Below are positions 45,137-57,561 of a stretch of 64,000 nucleotides of DNA, piece by piece. The stretch covers positions 461,558-525,557 of the forward strand of contig OZ316891.1 in NCBI GenBank assembly GCA_973895155.1, in the 5' to 3' direction. This stretch comes from Marsupella aquatica (taxonomy: Eukaryota; Plantae; Marchantiophyta). The first letter of the stretch is position 1, and every line of letters starts with the position of its first letter. Position numbers and translations under genes: made by a program. The notes under the pieces are model-generated. The model made no database searches. It was not told where the DNA came from and worked only from the letters and a program-made list of their open reading frames with translations.

Positions 45137-47677
45137 ATTCTCGGAGCACCCCCTTCATTTATGTCATGAAAACTCTCATGACCAATCTCCCCCATAACAT
45201 GGTCCAGGATAGGAGATTTACCTCTGTCAATATGGGAAACCTGAGCATTCTCCCCCTCCTTTGATAATCTGGACTCATTAAAGGATACATCTCTACTGAC
45301 AAGCAACGTGGAAGCTGTTGGATCCCACAGCCTGTAACCTTTCACATCCTTTGGGGTATTTATAAACGACAGCAAACAACAAACAATAACAGGAAATAGA
45401 AACTGGTAACAGGAAAATGAGTGGTAATTTTTTTTGAATTTTTTTTGAATTTTTCTTTTTTGAAAAAAAAAAGTTTTTTTTTGGTCGAAAATATTTTTTT
45501 GCTATCGCCCGGCACTGGTAATGCTAGCGCCCAAAGCTAGCCAAAAAATGTTGTCGGCAATTTGTTTTTGGGAAAATGTGATTTTTTAGGAAATATTTTT
45601 ACATTGTCATTTTTCTGGTAACAGTAAATTTTTGCTGGTACCAATAAACCTGTTTCCTATTTACTGTCATGCATTTCATACCCCATCCTTTTGATAACCA
45701 AGAAAAATACACTTCTTGGAAGTCGGATCTAGTTTAGATCAATTTTGCTTTGGTGTGAGAGCATATGCATCACTTCCAAAGACTCTCAAAACGTGATAGT
45801 CTGCTGGCCGTCCATACCTCATTTCAAACGGTGTTTTGAAATTGATGGCACTTGAAGGAGAAATATTTACCAAATAAGCTACCGTATTTATAGCTTTAGC
45901 CCAAAATTCATGTGGTAAACTTGATTGACTCAACATACTTCTCGATGCTCCAATAGTGTTCGGTTTAGCCGCTCAGAAACACCATTCTGTTGAGGAGTAT
46001 AAACTATCTTGAGATGGCGAGTAATCCCCTGCTCTGCACAATACAATTCAAATTCACTTGAACCATACTCTCCGCCGTTATCTGATCGCAGATATCTCAC
46101 CTTGCATCCAATCTGATTCTCAACTTGGGCTTTCCACTTCTTAAAAGTGGGGAAAACTTCAGACTTAGCATGTAGAAATATGATTCACACAAACCTTGAG
46201 TAGTCGTCAATGAACGTGACATAGTAAAATTTTCCAGAATGTGAGGGAGTTGGGGCTGGACCCCACACATCACTATGTACATACTCAAGTATAGCTTTGG
46301 TATTATGAGTTCCAACACCAAAGGTTCTCTTGTGCTGCTTCCCAAGCACACAGTGCTCATAAAAATCTAACTTAGTAGATTCCAAATTAGAAAGAAGTCA
46401 TTTCCTGCGAAGTATCGCCAAACGTTTTTCACTCATGTGTCCCAATCTGCAGTGCCACAACTGAGTCATCTCGCCTTGAGATCTGGTTACATTGGCTTCT
46501 TCACAAATCACGTTGCCCTCCAACAAGTATAGATTCCTATGCCGCTTACCCTTCATGACAACCTTGCCTCCGGTTGACACTTGAAGAATACCATCAACAG
46601 AACTCCACCGACATCCATTTGCTTCTAGCATTCCAAGAGAAATCAAGTTCTTTTTCATGTCAGGTATGTATCTGACATTACTCAATGTTCACACAGCTCC
46701 ATCAAACATCCAAATTTTCACGGATCCAATTCCAACAATTTGACAAGGATGATCATTCCCCATCAACACGGAACCGGTTGATACTGAGTAAGAACTAAAA
46801 AACTCTTTCATACAATAAATATGATAGGTAAACCCCTAAAATCATCACCGTTGTTACTAGATGAAATGCAAAGGGCAACATCTTGACTTCACAAGATTTT
46901 ATCATCAAGCAAGTCAATCATATCAACATCAGTGGCTGCGTTCGCTGATGGTTGATGAGTCTGCTTGACTCAACAGTCTCTTTTCATGTGGCCAGTCTTG
47001 CCACATTTCCAGCATGTAACCAGTTTCCTTTCTAGAGATTTCTCTCTAGACCTAGATCTAGACTTAGACCGAGCCTTGTCCTTACCTCTATTACGTGAAG
47101 GATAAGATTGTGAAAAAGACCTGTTTTCTCCAGTCATCCGCTCTCGAGTCCTCCCACGGTTCACATTCAACGTAGTGCCGGATGAAGATGATTGTCTGGG
47201 CATGACCCAATTTCTTCTGTGCATCATCTGACAGCAAAGAGCTTACCATCTCATCATATGAAATGGTTTTAAGGTCTCTATACAAGAGAACTTGCTTCAA
47301 ACCCTGATATGATGGGGGTAAAGAGCTAAGAAGAAGCAATGCCTTATCTTCATCTTCCACTCCCTTGCCAAGATTTGACAAATCCACAGCTAGGCTGTCG
47401 AATTCATCCAAGTGATCTCTAAGCTTGCCTCCTTCTTTGAGCCTCAAGCTCATCAAGAGAGACTTCATCTCCGATCCGAGACATCCTTGTGGTAGTACTT
47501 CTCTCCAATCCGAGACTTCATCTCCTCCTCTCTACTAGACTCCTCCCAAGTAGATAGCAAATGATCTAGGCCCATAGCACAAAGAATTCCCTTGACCTGC
47601 TTCTCCCATAGCAAGTAATCCGTCCGTCCATCATACTTTTCCACCTCAAACTTGACACCTCCAAACTTGGATGCCAT
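45137..47677 (-). pseudogene. Decayed Copia gag-pol (gag, CCHC, GAG-pre-integrase, integrase)
   Basis: FEVEKYDGRTDYLLWEKQ, LLLLSSLPPSY, CWKCGKTGHMKRDC, LWHCRLGHMS, YVHSDVWGP, FIDDYSR, KGYRLWDP; many frameshifts and stops. Confidence 0.9.
45353..45684. mobile_element. 332-bp MITE-like element related to the Mutator-like element ends
   Basis: GGGGTA...TACCCC ends with TSD ATCCTTT (7 bp, or CATCCTTT 8 bp). Removal restores Copia GYQKDVKGY. Contains GACAGCAAACAACAAAC like the 20921 end and two degenerate palindrome copies (~45503, ~45525). Confidence 0.78.
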
Positions 47678-47689
47678 CTTTTTCCTTGG

Positions 47690-48180
47690 GCTGAATCGGG
47701 CTACCAAATTTGGGCTATACCAAAGTTGGGCTGGACCAAAATTGGGCTGGACTAAAATCGGGCTGTACCAAAATTGGGCTGCAGTATCGGGCTGTTCATA
47801 TCGGGCTGCAGTATCGGGCTGTAGTATCGGGCTGCAATATCGGGCTGCAATATCGGGCTATCAATATCGGGCTGCAATATCGGGCTGCAATATCGGGCTG
47901 CAATATCGGGCTATAGTATTGGCCTGTCAATATCGGGCTGCAATATCGGGCTGCAATATCAGGCTGTAGTATCGGCCTATCAATATCGGGCTGCAGTATC
48001 GGCCTGTCAATATCGGCCTGCAGTATCGGCCTGTCAATATCGGGCTGCAGTATCGGGCTGTAGTATCGGGCTGTAGTATTGGCCTATCAATATCGGGCTG
48101 TAGTATCGGCCTGTCAATATCAGGCTACAGTATCGGCCTGTCAGTCAGGCAATGTCGGGCAATGTCGGGCAATGTTGTGC
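47690..48180. repeat. 13-15-bp tandem array (TATCGGGCTGCAA/G) in the Copia 5' leader
   Basis: About 30 direct units between the PBS and the gag start. Confidence 0.88.
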
Positions 48181-51100
48181 TGAATTGTCAATAGGTCTAG
48201 CAGAGTAAGAACCTCCGTTACATATCTTTCTCTTCGTGTCAAGTGCCAATCTCGGGCTTAGAGTAACCACCTTGCCGTGATCTCTTCGAAGAGCTATAGC
48301 ACTTCACATTTCTACTCCCGTGCCAAGTGTGACGACAAGAAAAAGCGTGCTTCAACAAAGCTAACTCTCCATAGCCATGAAAAAACCAGAAACATCTCTT
48401 TTACTCGTTGCGTCGCACTTGGTACACACTTGGTAACAAACCAGCTGCCAAAAGAACCAGCTTTGCCCGATCTATGATTTGAGCTATAACATGCAACTCC
48501 TCATGCACTACAAAGCTCACACCGTCGAGAAAACGATCTCAGATTTCTCCTCTGAAAAAACCATCGAAGAAACCGTCGAACATGAATCTTTTTACACAAA
48601 AAATCCAGAACGACGCAAACTTCAATTCCTCCACACCACGAACTCTGTTCATGGTTTTCTTTGCACCATTAGAAAGCCCTTGCCCCGATCTATCCGTTGA
48701 GCCCAACACCTCCAAGTTCCATGTAACAAAACTTTGTGAAATCCACCAAAACTAATCACTGGAAAAACCATCACAAACACGTCACGTGAGATCCTATCGT
48801 CACTCCCAAGCTTGCTCTGATACCAATTGTTGAACTATGATGTCCTCCTTTACAATAAGATTATGACTAATTCCATGCACACGTAGTCAACATAATCCAA
48901 TACGTGGTTCACCTCTTCTCCAAGGCTACGTCCACACGAACATGAAAGCTTTACTTCAGGAGTAATCTCCACACATGAGCTCACTTTCTCTCTCAAGTCA
49001 CTTCGTTACAATTAGCATACATCCTCACACCAGTGGCTTACACTAGCCCTGGTATATGCAAGATCACACACAACTAACCTAACCTCAGCTAAGTCTCTAA
49101 CTGTGGTTAGCCTAATTGCCGTAACCTATGAGTCACAAGACTAAGAGCAATCCTTAACAAGTTTAGGCTAAGAATAATTTTTAAGTAAGCTATTGACCTT
49201 TAATTTATCTCTCTCTTTCAATGATGGTGCAATCTTAAAAAGATCTAGCTAGACTAAAAATCATCTTCACACTAGCTAATTGACTTCTAATTAGTCCATT
49301 GGAATATTTCATCATTTTTTTCCTTGGCTTAGTACTATTTGGATTAGAAGTATCATCTTTGTTGAGATTCTTTCTCCACTATTTTTGTTGTAACCATGTA
49401 GGAAGTTTGGGCATTCCCTATTGCTTTCATAACTTTTCTTGCAAACTTGAAGAATCTTTTATTTTCATTTTTTTAACTTATATTGAGTTTTGTTATCAAA
49501 TATATATATTTTTCGTTGTGACCATGTAACAATTTGGGCATTTCTTATTGCTTTATTTGATCACTCATTAGTTGACACCTACCACCACTACTTAGATAAT
49601 ATTTATTTTTTCTATTGACTTTCAACTATAACTTATCTTCCCTAGTTCAACTAAAATTTATCTTGAATCAATACATTTATTAGTTTTGTACAGTAAATAA
49701 CAAATTGATATAAATTGTGCACAAAACAAAAACATTTACCCATATTTACATAATTTGCATGTAATTAGGTTTTTTAGGCATCTGACACACAATCAATGAG
49801 AGGTAGTAGAAACTGCTACCAAGAGTGTTTGAATGTTGGTTGTATGAGCTTTTGGCTGACCACAAGTTAGCTACTTCTTTGCTTCTTTTCTCTTTGCATT
49901 ATAATCTTGGTTGTGGACTAGGGGTACCCAAAACACAAGGAGGAAAGAAAAGTGTGATACTAGTATGATTGTTTGCATCACAAAGATTGATAACAAATCA
50001 TGTTTATATACAGTTGCAAACCTAGGAATGGTTGTAACTCATTTTGAAGTTAACCACGGCCCCATAGAAAGCTAGTATTAACCTTCCAATTGTATTCTTG
50101 GATATAATGTTATAATCTAGGTAAGATTATTTTCTCCAAATAGGTAGATAGCTTATGTTAACCTCTCAATTTTATGCATTCTTGGATGAAATGTTATAAT
50201 CTAGGCAGGAATCTAGCTAGGTAAGATAGTTTGCTCAAAATAATTAGCTAGCTAGTGGATGTCACCGCAACAACGGACTAGAAGTACCCAAAACAGAAGG
50301 AGGAATGCAAAGTGCAATCATACAAAAACTGTTGTTTAGTGCAAACCTAAGAATAGCCGTAACTTAAGTGAATAAAATTACAAAACCTATCGCTATTGTA
50401 ACTCATTCTGAAACTGACCATAAGCCCCATAGATTTCTGATGTTAATCAGCTCTCAAATTTATTCTTAGATAACATCCTATCATGTAGATAGTATGTTTT
50501 TCTCAAAATGGGGAGCTGGTGGACTCTACCCACTAAATGGACTAGGAGGACCCAAAAGAGGAGGAACTCAAAGGGCAATACTACCATCTTCCCCCGAACA
50601 CAGCGCCCGGGCGTTGTGTTTGAAAGTTGGAAATTTAGTGTCCTTATACAAAAAAGCATGTTTTCTTCGAACACAACGCCACTTTTACACAGCGCCCGGG
50701 CGCTGTGTTTGAATTTGGCATTGTGTTTGGGGATGACGTTGTGTTCGAACTTGGGCACTATGTTTGAGTGAGGGGTTTGTTGTAGTGTCTTCCGTTACAA
50801 TGAAGTGTTCGAAGTTGACATTATGTTGGAGTGAGGACATTGTGAAAGCAAACAAAAAGCTATTGACTTCTTTTACATAGCCAAATTATTTTGCATCAAC
50901 ATTTTTTGGACCTACATTTTTTACGCAACAATATGTTTGACACTTTTTACGCAACGATATGTTTGACACGAAGACATCGCAAAGGGTATCGAGCTAGTCA
51001 AATTAGAATAAACAAATAAAGCACGACCAAACATTTTTGGTTTGGTTTGAATAAAAAATGGCACATGATCTATGAAATTGCTATATGGTGAATCCACCTT

Positions 51101-51547
51101 TCAGATTTTGTCTTATTCAGAGTTTTGGTGTCATATATTTTTATTTCAATGTGCCTTATCAAGGGGCAGCCTGTGTATAATAGACATTTTTACTTAATTT
51201 ATGGACCCCTTTAATTATAGGATTCAAGAGTATTTTGAACTTATTTTGGCAGCCTCCTTATAAATTTTAATATTTGTGATTTATCAGAGATGAACGAAAG
51301 GCTCCACCAGTTGAACAAAGTATTCTCATGAATGAAAGAAATGGTTATGATTGTGTCTTAAGTTCCCCTTATGTTTTTCTTTCCTAAGTTTATGGTTTTT
51401 ATTGAAATGAGTGTCATTCATGAGGACATTGAATTAAGTGCACACATTGTAGTATCCTTGAGTGTAGTTTTCATTGGTCACTGTGCACCAACCATTCTAG
51501 TTATGTTCTCACAAGCCCCATGCCTGTGCGTTGCACGAAAGATTTCA

Positions 51548-51771
51548 AGGCGAGGGCAAGATGTTGAGGAGAAGGCAAGATGTCGAGGAGAGGGCAAGAT
51601 TTTGCGATGAGGGCAAGATGGCGAGGAGAGGGCAAGATGTCGAGGAGAGGGCAAGATTTTGTGGTGAGGGCAAGATGTCGAGGAGAGAGCAAGATTGTGT
51701 GGTGAGGGCAAGATGGTGAGGAGAGGGCAAGATGTCGAGGAGAGGGCAATATGTGGAGGTGAGGGCAAGAT
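51548..51771. repeat. ~20-bp tandem array GAGGGCAAGATGTCGAGGA
   Basis: About 11 degenerate direct units. Confidence 0.85.
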
Positions 51772-54194
51772 TCAAAGTGATGCAAACATGGTATCTCGCA
51801 TATTACTCACGGTTGGCCTTTAATCGCTCCGCTAGGGTTATGACACTTGATGTTGCCACACTTGTTTCCTGTACCAAATGGTCCGTGACACTTGGTGTGA
51901 CATTTGGTTGTGGCACCTCAGAAACTTCAGTCCCCTCTTGTGCACTTTGTTGGGGGCGTCTTGCATTTCTGGCTTCCCTATTTTGGGCATATAGCTCGCA
52001 ATCAACTTCTAATCTCTCCCCTGGGGTTCTCATATTCTTGAGGAAAATGCTTTAATTTGCTATTGGTGTTACCTGTTGTATCCCACCCTTAAAGACATGT
52101 TTTAGCTAGATATCAGTCAAATACAGTCCGAAGCTTAAACTGAGCAAACTTTTGTAAATAGTCACATTGATGTTTTTGTATAATGTATTCTTCTCTATAA
52201 AAGACCAGAAGTTTAAAGAGAAAAATCACAAAGTACATTTAGGTCTGGAAAAATTAATATGACCACCCTCTTCTCCATGAAACATGAAGGTCTGGAAAAA
52301 TTTTAATGGCCATCCCTGAATATGTGGAAGCAAGTAAAAATTCCTTTTTGGCTATGAGAATCAGCAAGCCAGTGCCGCTACATTCGCATGTCGTCACTCT
52401 CCCAGGAGCAACTTTACGCCACCACCATGTAGGTCTTTCTCTGACCCTTCCGGAAAAGGACTGAGCAAATAGTAGCGGAATATTGTGTGAATATTTTCCC
52501 GGTGGGTTGCCCGGTCACCCGATGGTACCCCGGCCACTTGTTCCTGCCCGACCTGCCCAAAAATTCAGAATTCAAATTTTTGGCCTCCACCAATGAGATT
52601 GTTTGGATTGTTTTTATCATTTTTCTCCCTCAAATTTATCATTTGATGATCTGGTTATTTCTGAGACGTAGATCTAAAAAAGATCTGCATTTTGAGCCGT
52701 AGATTGGCTCATTTGATGAACGGACAAAAGTAATCGTGCTCCTGATCAAAGAGCTACAGAAGGGCGTGCGTCAACATGTTTTTAGCGGACAATCAAGATT
52801 GTGTTTCGTTCTTTTTGAGTTTGTAAGCAGAAAATCCCCCCAGAATTGGTGAGATTGCATATTATAGTACTTGATGCCAAGTAGAAAATATCTCTAGCAT
52901 GCAAAGGATACAAAGAAAAAACATTACCGGGTGTGAAAGATGTCAAACAAAAAATATGTCAAGAACAAAATGTGTCGAGCAAAAAGAAGTCGTGCATAAA
53001 ACATGTTGAAAAAAGAAGAGATCAAAGAGAGGCCACAAAAACTACCCTCACAAAAAACAAAGAGAAAAACGAATAGCCCGGCCCCCTCTTAAGAAATCTA
53101 ACTAAACAGAGAAAATCATTCCCCACCAAAAACAAATATTTAGAAAGTCTATTTGTGGCCTTGGGGGCAATTTGGATATATTAAGTATCCTCCTCCTATA
53201 TTTTGGAATAAAGTTTATTGACACATTTTCCTCTAAATGCAGAATAGAATTATGACCTCGCTCTCACTCTTTGGATCTTAAAATTTTATATTCTCTCCCC
53301 ATTGATTTCCTTGGCTTTGTATTATAAATGACTTCTTATCTAGGATGTATTTTTGTTTCCCTTACCTTGTTTATGTACCATACATGTATTTATACCTCAC
53401 ACCTTTTTATTATCTCCAGTGTGGTACCCCATTAGCAACACACATGCTTACCTCACTATCCACTCTGACATTTTTAATGCACTAACTTGTGCTCCCTCCT
53501 ATTCCTTCTCACATGTCACTGACAGCCATCCCTATCCCATTGGACCCCATCCTCACATTCCTGTTGGACCCCATCCTCACATTCCTGGTACTTGCTCTGA
53601 ACCACTTTTTTTAATCCAATGGCACTCAAAAGTAACATCCTCATCCCAAGGCATGCGAGTCATCCCCACCTCCCTATACCACCATGACACTTTATTTTTG
53701 TTATCTAACTGTCTGAAAAAAATATAAAATGATCCATTGGCAGGGAATCATTCTCGCCTATTGCAATTTTCATAAACAAACAAAAACTAAAAAAAGCTAC
53801 ATTGAGTATTATAGTGTTAGATATTTTATTTACTTTCAAATCACTACAACAAATCATTACAGGACAAAAACTCAAGCATGTTCCATGAGTATGCTATATG
53901 AGAGGTTTCAGCTTCGGTTTCTGGCAAGCGACTTTCGGGAGGTTTTAGATTTGGTTTCGGGCACGTAATCTGTGAGAGGTTTTAGATTTGGTTTCTGGCT
54001 CGTGCGAATGTGCGATCCCTGTACTGTAATTGTTTGGGGACAACTGACGCTGATATCTGGCGGCGATAGAGGCTGTACCGTAGGACAGAGGGGCATGGGC
54101 TGCAAGAATGAGGAATGGAGGGGCGGAGCATGTCACTATATATATATATATGATGGAGCGACGAGCTTAAGCATTCTCAGTGGTCCTTTCGGTT

Positions 54195-54480
54195 CCGCGT
54201 CCCTGAGATCGAGTTGGCTTGTCGAACATCAGGGCGGAGGATCTGGCTGCTGTCTGCGGAGCATTTCGGTCGGGAGCCGGTCAGAATTGTTCGTGCGGTT
54301 TTTCCAGTGGTCTGGATACCCGAAGTGCGGATCTCAGTAGATACCGCGTCCCTGAGATAGAGTTGGCTTGTCGAACTCCGGAGCGGAGGATTGCGCTGCT
54401 GTCTGCGGAGCGTTCCGTTCCGGAGCCGGTCAGAATTGTTCGTGCGTGCTTTCCAGTGGTCTGGAAGTGCGGATCTGCGG
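54195..54480. repeat. Two diverged tandem copies of a ~149-bp GC-rich unit
   Basis: CCGCGTCCCTGAGAT..GAGTTGGCTTGTCGAAC...GGAGCCGGTCAGAATTGTTCGTGCG...TTCCAGTGGTCTGGA starts at 54195 and 54344. Confidence 0.8.
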
Positions 54481-55530
54481 TGGCGGTGGTCCTTTCGAAG
54501 TTGAGGTATATGCAGAATGCGTCGATTGCTCGAGGTCCTTCCGAACTCGAGTTTATACAATGCATCAATTTGCTTGAGATCGTGAACGATTGTCCCGGTT
54601 TGTTACTCTCGTTCTTTCTACAGAGGAAATTTTGTAGGCATCGTCGAATTAGATCTTTCCGCCAGCTCAAGCTATTCTGAGTTGGTTTTCTGGCCCATAT
54701 GTTCACGGCGAATTTGTGGTGCGCCTTTTTGCTTCTTCGTCTTGGTGCTGCACTTCCATATCATTCAGTATCACAGTAAGGCATGAAGAAGTCCTACCTG
54801 GTTCGCTTTTGCTCCTGTAAAAGGGAGAATTGCGCTTGCTGGACTTTGCAGTCAATTTAGCTTGAGGGAATTGTGAGGAGTCCCAACGGATAATTCTTGG
54901 TGATGGATCTAAATGATCGAGAATTCCCGTCTCAAGGGAAATGTTCCTGCGTCTCCTGCTTTTTCGTCTACGTCCTTTCGCTTCCATGTCTTGTCACGAC
55001 AGACTGTGAGAAGGCGTAGTGAGCTTGACGGACCGTGCAGAGACTTGGGCGGACGGTATAGAAAGCTTGGAGGGATGGTCAATGATGTCGCTTGATTTTG
55101 GGAAAACCCCTGGGAATAGAGTTCGTCCCTGTTTTGTTATAGCGTTGATGACCGTCAAAGCGCTTGGCTTGTCTTTCTCAATTGCTCCCTTTTCAACATC
55201 GCAGTTTGCATTAGTTGACAGATAAGTCTAAAGTCAACTGCGTAATTATGATCGAGAGCTTCTCACAAAATTATAACTGAAGGATGAGCGACAATGAAGG
55301 CACTGCCCTTATCTTCTCAAGAAAATAAATTCTGCTACCAACATTCGCTGTGAGGGATTGTAACGATTGATAGCTATTTTCCTCTGAATTCGTGATAATC
55401 CTATCATCAGTCTCGGTGAGAATGCGGTGCTTATACTTCTTCCTTCTGTCATTTCCCCTCAATTAGGTCGGGAGGGAATCCCCGGTTTTCAAGGAAGGAA
55501 CCAAGAGCAGGACTGCGAATTCGGCGATCT

Positions 55531-57561
55531 ATGGCAATGACAGGGGCGATGATTGTTGCGGGACACTGTGCTGGCGGCATGACTGCCGCTACGCTGACGA
55601 TGAGTAGTTGGTCGCCGGTTGAGAAGAATTTGACGAAGTTGCATCTGCAATGCTCAGGACTACGGCCGGCGGCTCACTTCAAAACGACTACTAACGCTGT
55701 GCCAAAGACTGCCTTCTCTTCTCCCAGTCTAACGCATTCCCGAGATTCCTCTCGCCTCTGCGCTCGAGCAGGTCAGCAGGATTGGCAGGTAGCGCCCTCA
55801 AAGGTGATCGTAATTGACAATTACGACAGCTTCACCTACAACCTTTGCCAGGTATGTGGGCGAAAATCCTCCTGACCACATTCCTGAGCTTGGTGTAGGT
55901 AGTGCCGACTGCAGTTTCGATTACGGGCTTATACGGCGACTTGTTTGAATGCAATTTTCGCTGAAGAGTTCTCATTTCTGTGCTGTGACTGTATTTGCAG
56001 TATTTGGGGGACTTGGGATGCGACTATGAGGTTGTTCGCAATGATGAAATTACCATCGAAGAACTTAAGGCGTGAGTATATTCATGTGACGAAGTCTTGT
56101 GTAGCTGGATGATTGTTCTCTACAAATGGAAACAGCAGAGTATAGCGCATAAGGATCATATGGTTATTGAAGTTTTGCACTTTCCTGTGTAGCTGGATGA
56201 TTGTTCTCTACAAATGGAAACAGAAGAGTATCGCGCATACGGATCATATCGTTATTGAAGTTTTGTACTTTCCGTTGGCTTCTTAAACCCTAGACCCTGA
56301 TTTGAACATTTCTTTGAATTTTCTTTAGGAGGAAGCCGCGGGGTATTCTAGTTTCCCCTGGACCTGGTTAGTTGTTTTTTTCTCTCTCTCCTTCTATATT
56401 GGGTTTGATGTGAAGATTTGTTCATGGGCTTGCCCTCTAGATCCTTTTTCAATTTACATGCAGTGTATATTTTGAACTATTTTAAACTATTTTAAACTAT
56501 TCTAACTGCTCATTTTCACTGAGCAGGTACACCACAGGACTCTGGAATATCTCTGGCAAGTATTGTGCACCTCGGGAGTGAGGTGCCAATCTTTGGCGTG
56601 TGCATGGGCCTTCAATGCATGGGAGAGGCATTTGGAGGTTTGTGCTCTTGTTTGTGTTTTGCACATCAGCCATATCTAGCGGCGGTGAAGGTCAAGTATT
56701 TGGTCGTACAGCCGAATGTTCTCATTGCAAAGTAGTCCGCGGACTGAATGACCATGGCACTGATCAAGTTCTGATTTTGAACAGGGAGAATTGTGAGGGC
56801 TCCAAATGGAGTTGTTCATGGCAAGACCTCACCAGTCTACTATGACGAGAAAGGAGAGGACGGGCTATTAGCAGGGCTACCAAAGTATGGCTCTTCAATT
56901 GACAGCTTTTGCGCCTCTTGTGCAGCACTTCGCATAGATTGTCATCTGCAAGACTATTGCTAGTTCAGCTACTGATTGTTGGACATTGTCTTTTGATTTG
57001 CAATTCTGACGATTTCTGATGTGTTTTCTATGGTCATAGCCCATTCATAGCCTGCCGCTATCACAGCCTTGTAATTGAGAAGGAGAGCTTTCCTTCTGAG
57101 GAACTCGAAATTACCGCCTGGACTGAGGATGGTCTGATCATGGGCATCAGGCATCGGAAATACAAGCACATCCAGGTATGGCATGCTCTCTGCCCATATG
57201 TCGCAGCGCTTATAAGAACTTCCAGACGTTTCTACAGCAAGTCCTTTCCCATGTTATCTCAAGGAACTTTGAGCAGACTGCATGCCACTTTCCTTGCTCA
57301 GAAGCTCTTCGCTCAGGTGTTGGAGATCAGACAAACCTGACTTTTTGCCACCTACTGAAGCATATGGATACTGAGCGCACAGGCAAAGGTGACTAGGAAC
57401 TATTATAACATGAAAGCTGGCTGATTTGAATGCAGGGCGTGCAATTTCATCCCGAAAGTATCATTACACAAGATGGGAAGAAGATTGTTGCCAACTTCCT
57501 GAAACTTTTGGAGCAGAAAGATGCAAACCTTGCCAAGGCAGAGCTGAAGGTGGCAGTCTGA
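55531..57561 (+). CDS. ASB1: Anthranilate synthase beta subunit (TrpG-type glutamine amidotransferase), likely plastid-targeted; 7 exons, ~300 aa
   Basis: Exons 55531-55851, 56001-56071, 56329-56366, 56527-56637, 56785-56884, 57040-57175 and 57436-57561, all GT-AG and in frame. Motifs [42 protein letters not shown]; Ser/Thr/Ala-rich N-terminal extension. Confidence 0.93.

Larger units (their letters stand above)
45137..49159 (-). mobile_element. Ty1/Copia LTR retrotransposon, 5' half only (LTR, PBS, leader, gag-protease-integrase); RT, RNase H and 3' LTR missing
   Basis: 332-bp LTR 49159->48828 (TGTTAAGG...CAACA) and PBS TGGTATCAGAGC (48825-48814, initiator tRNA-Met type). Cut at 45136 by the Mutator-like right end. 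Confidence 0.9.
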
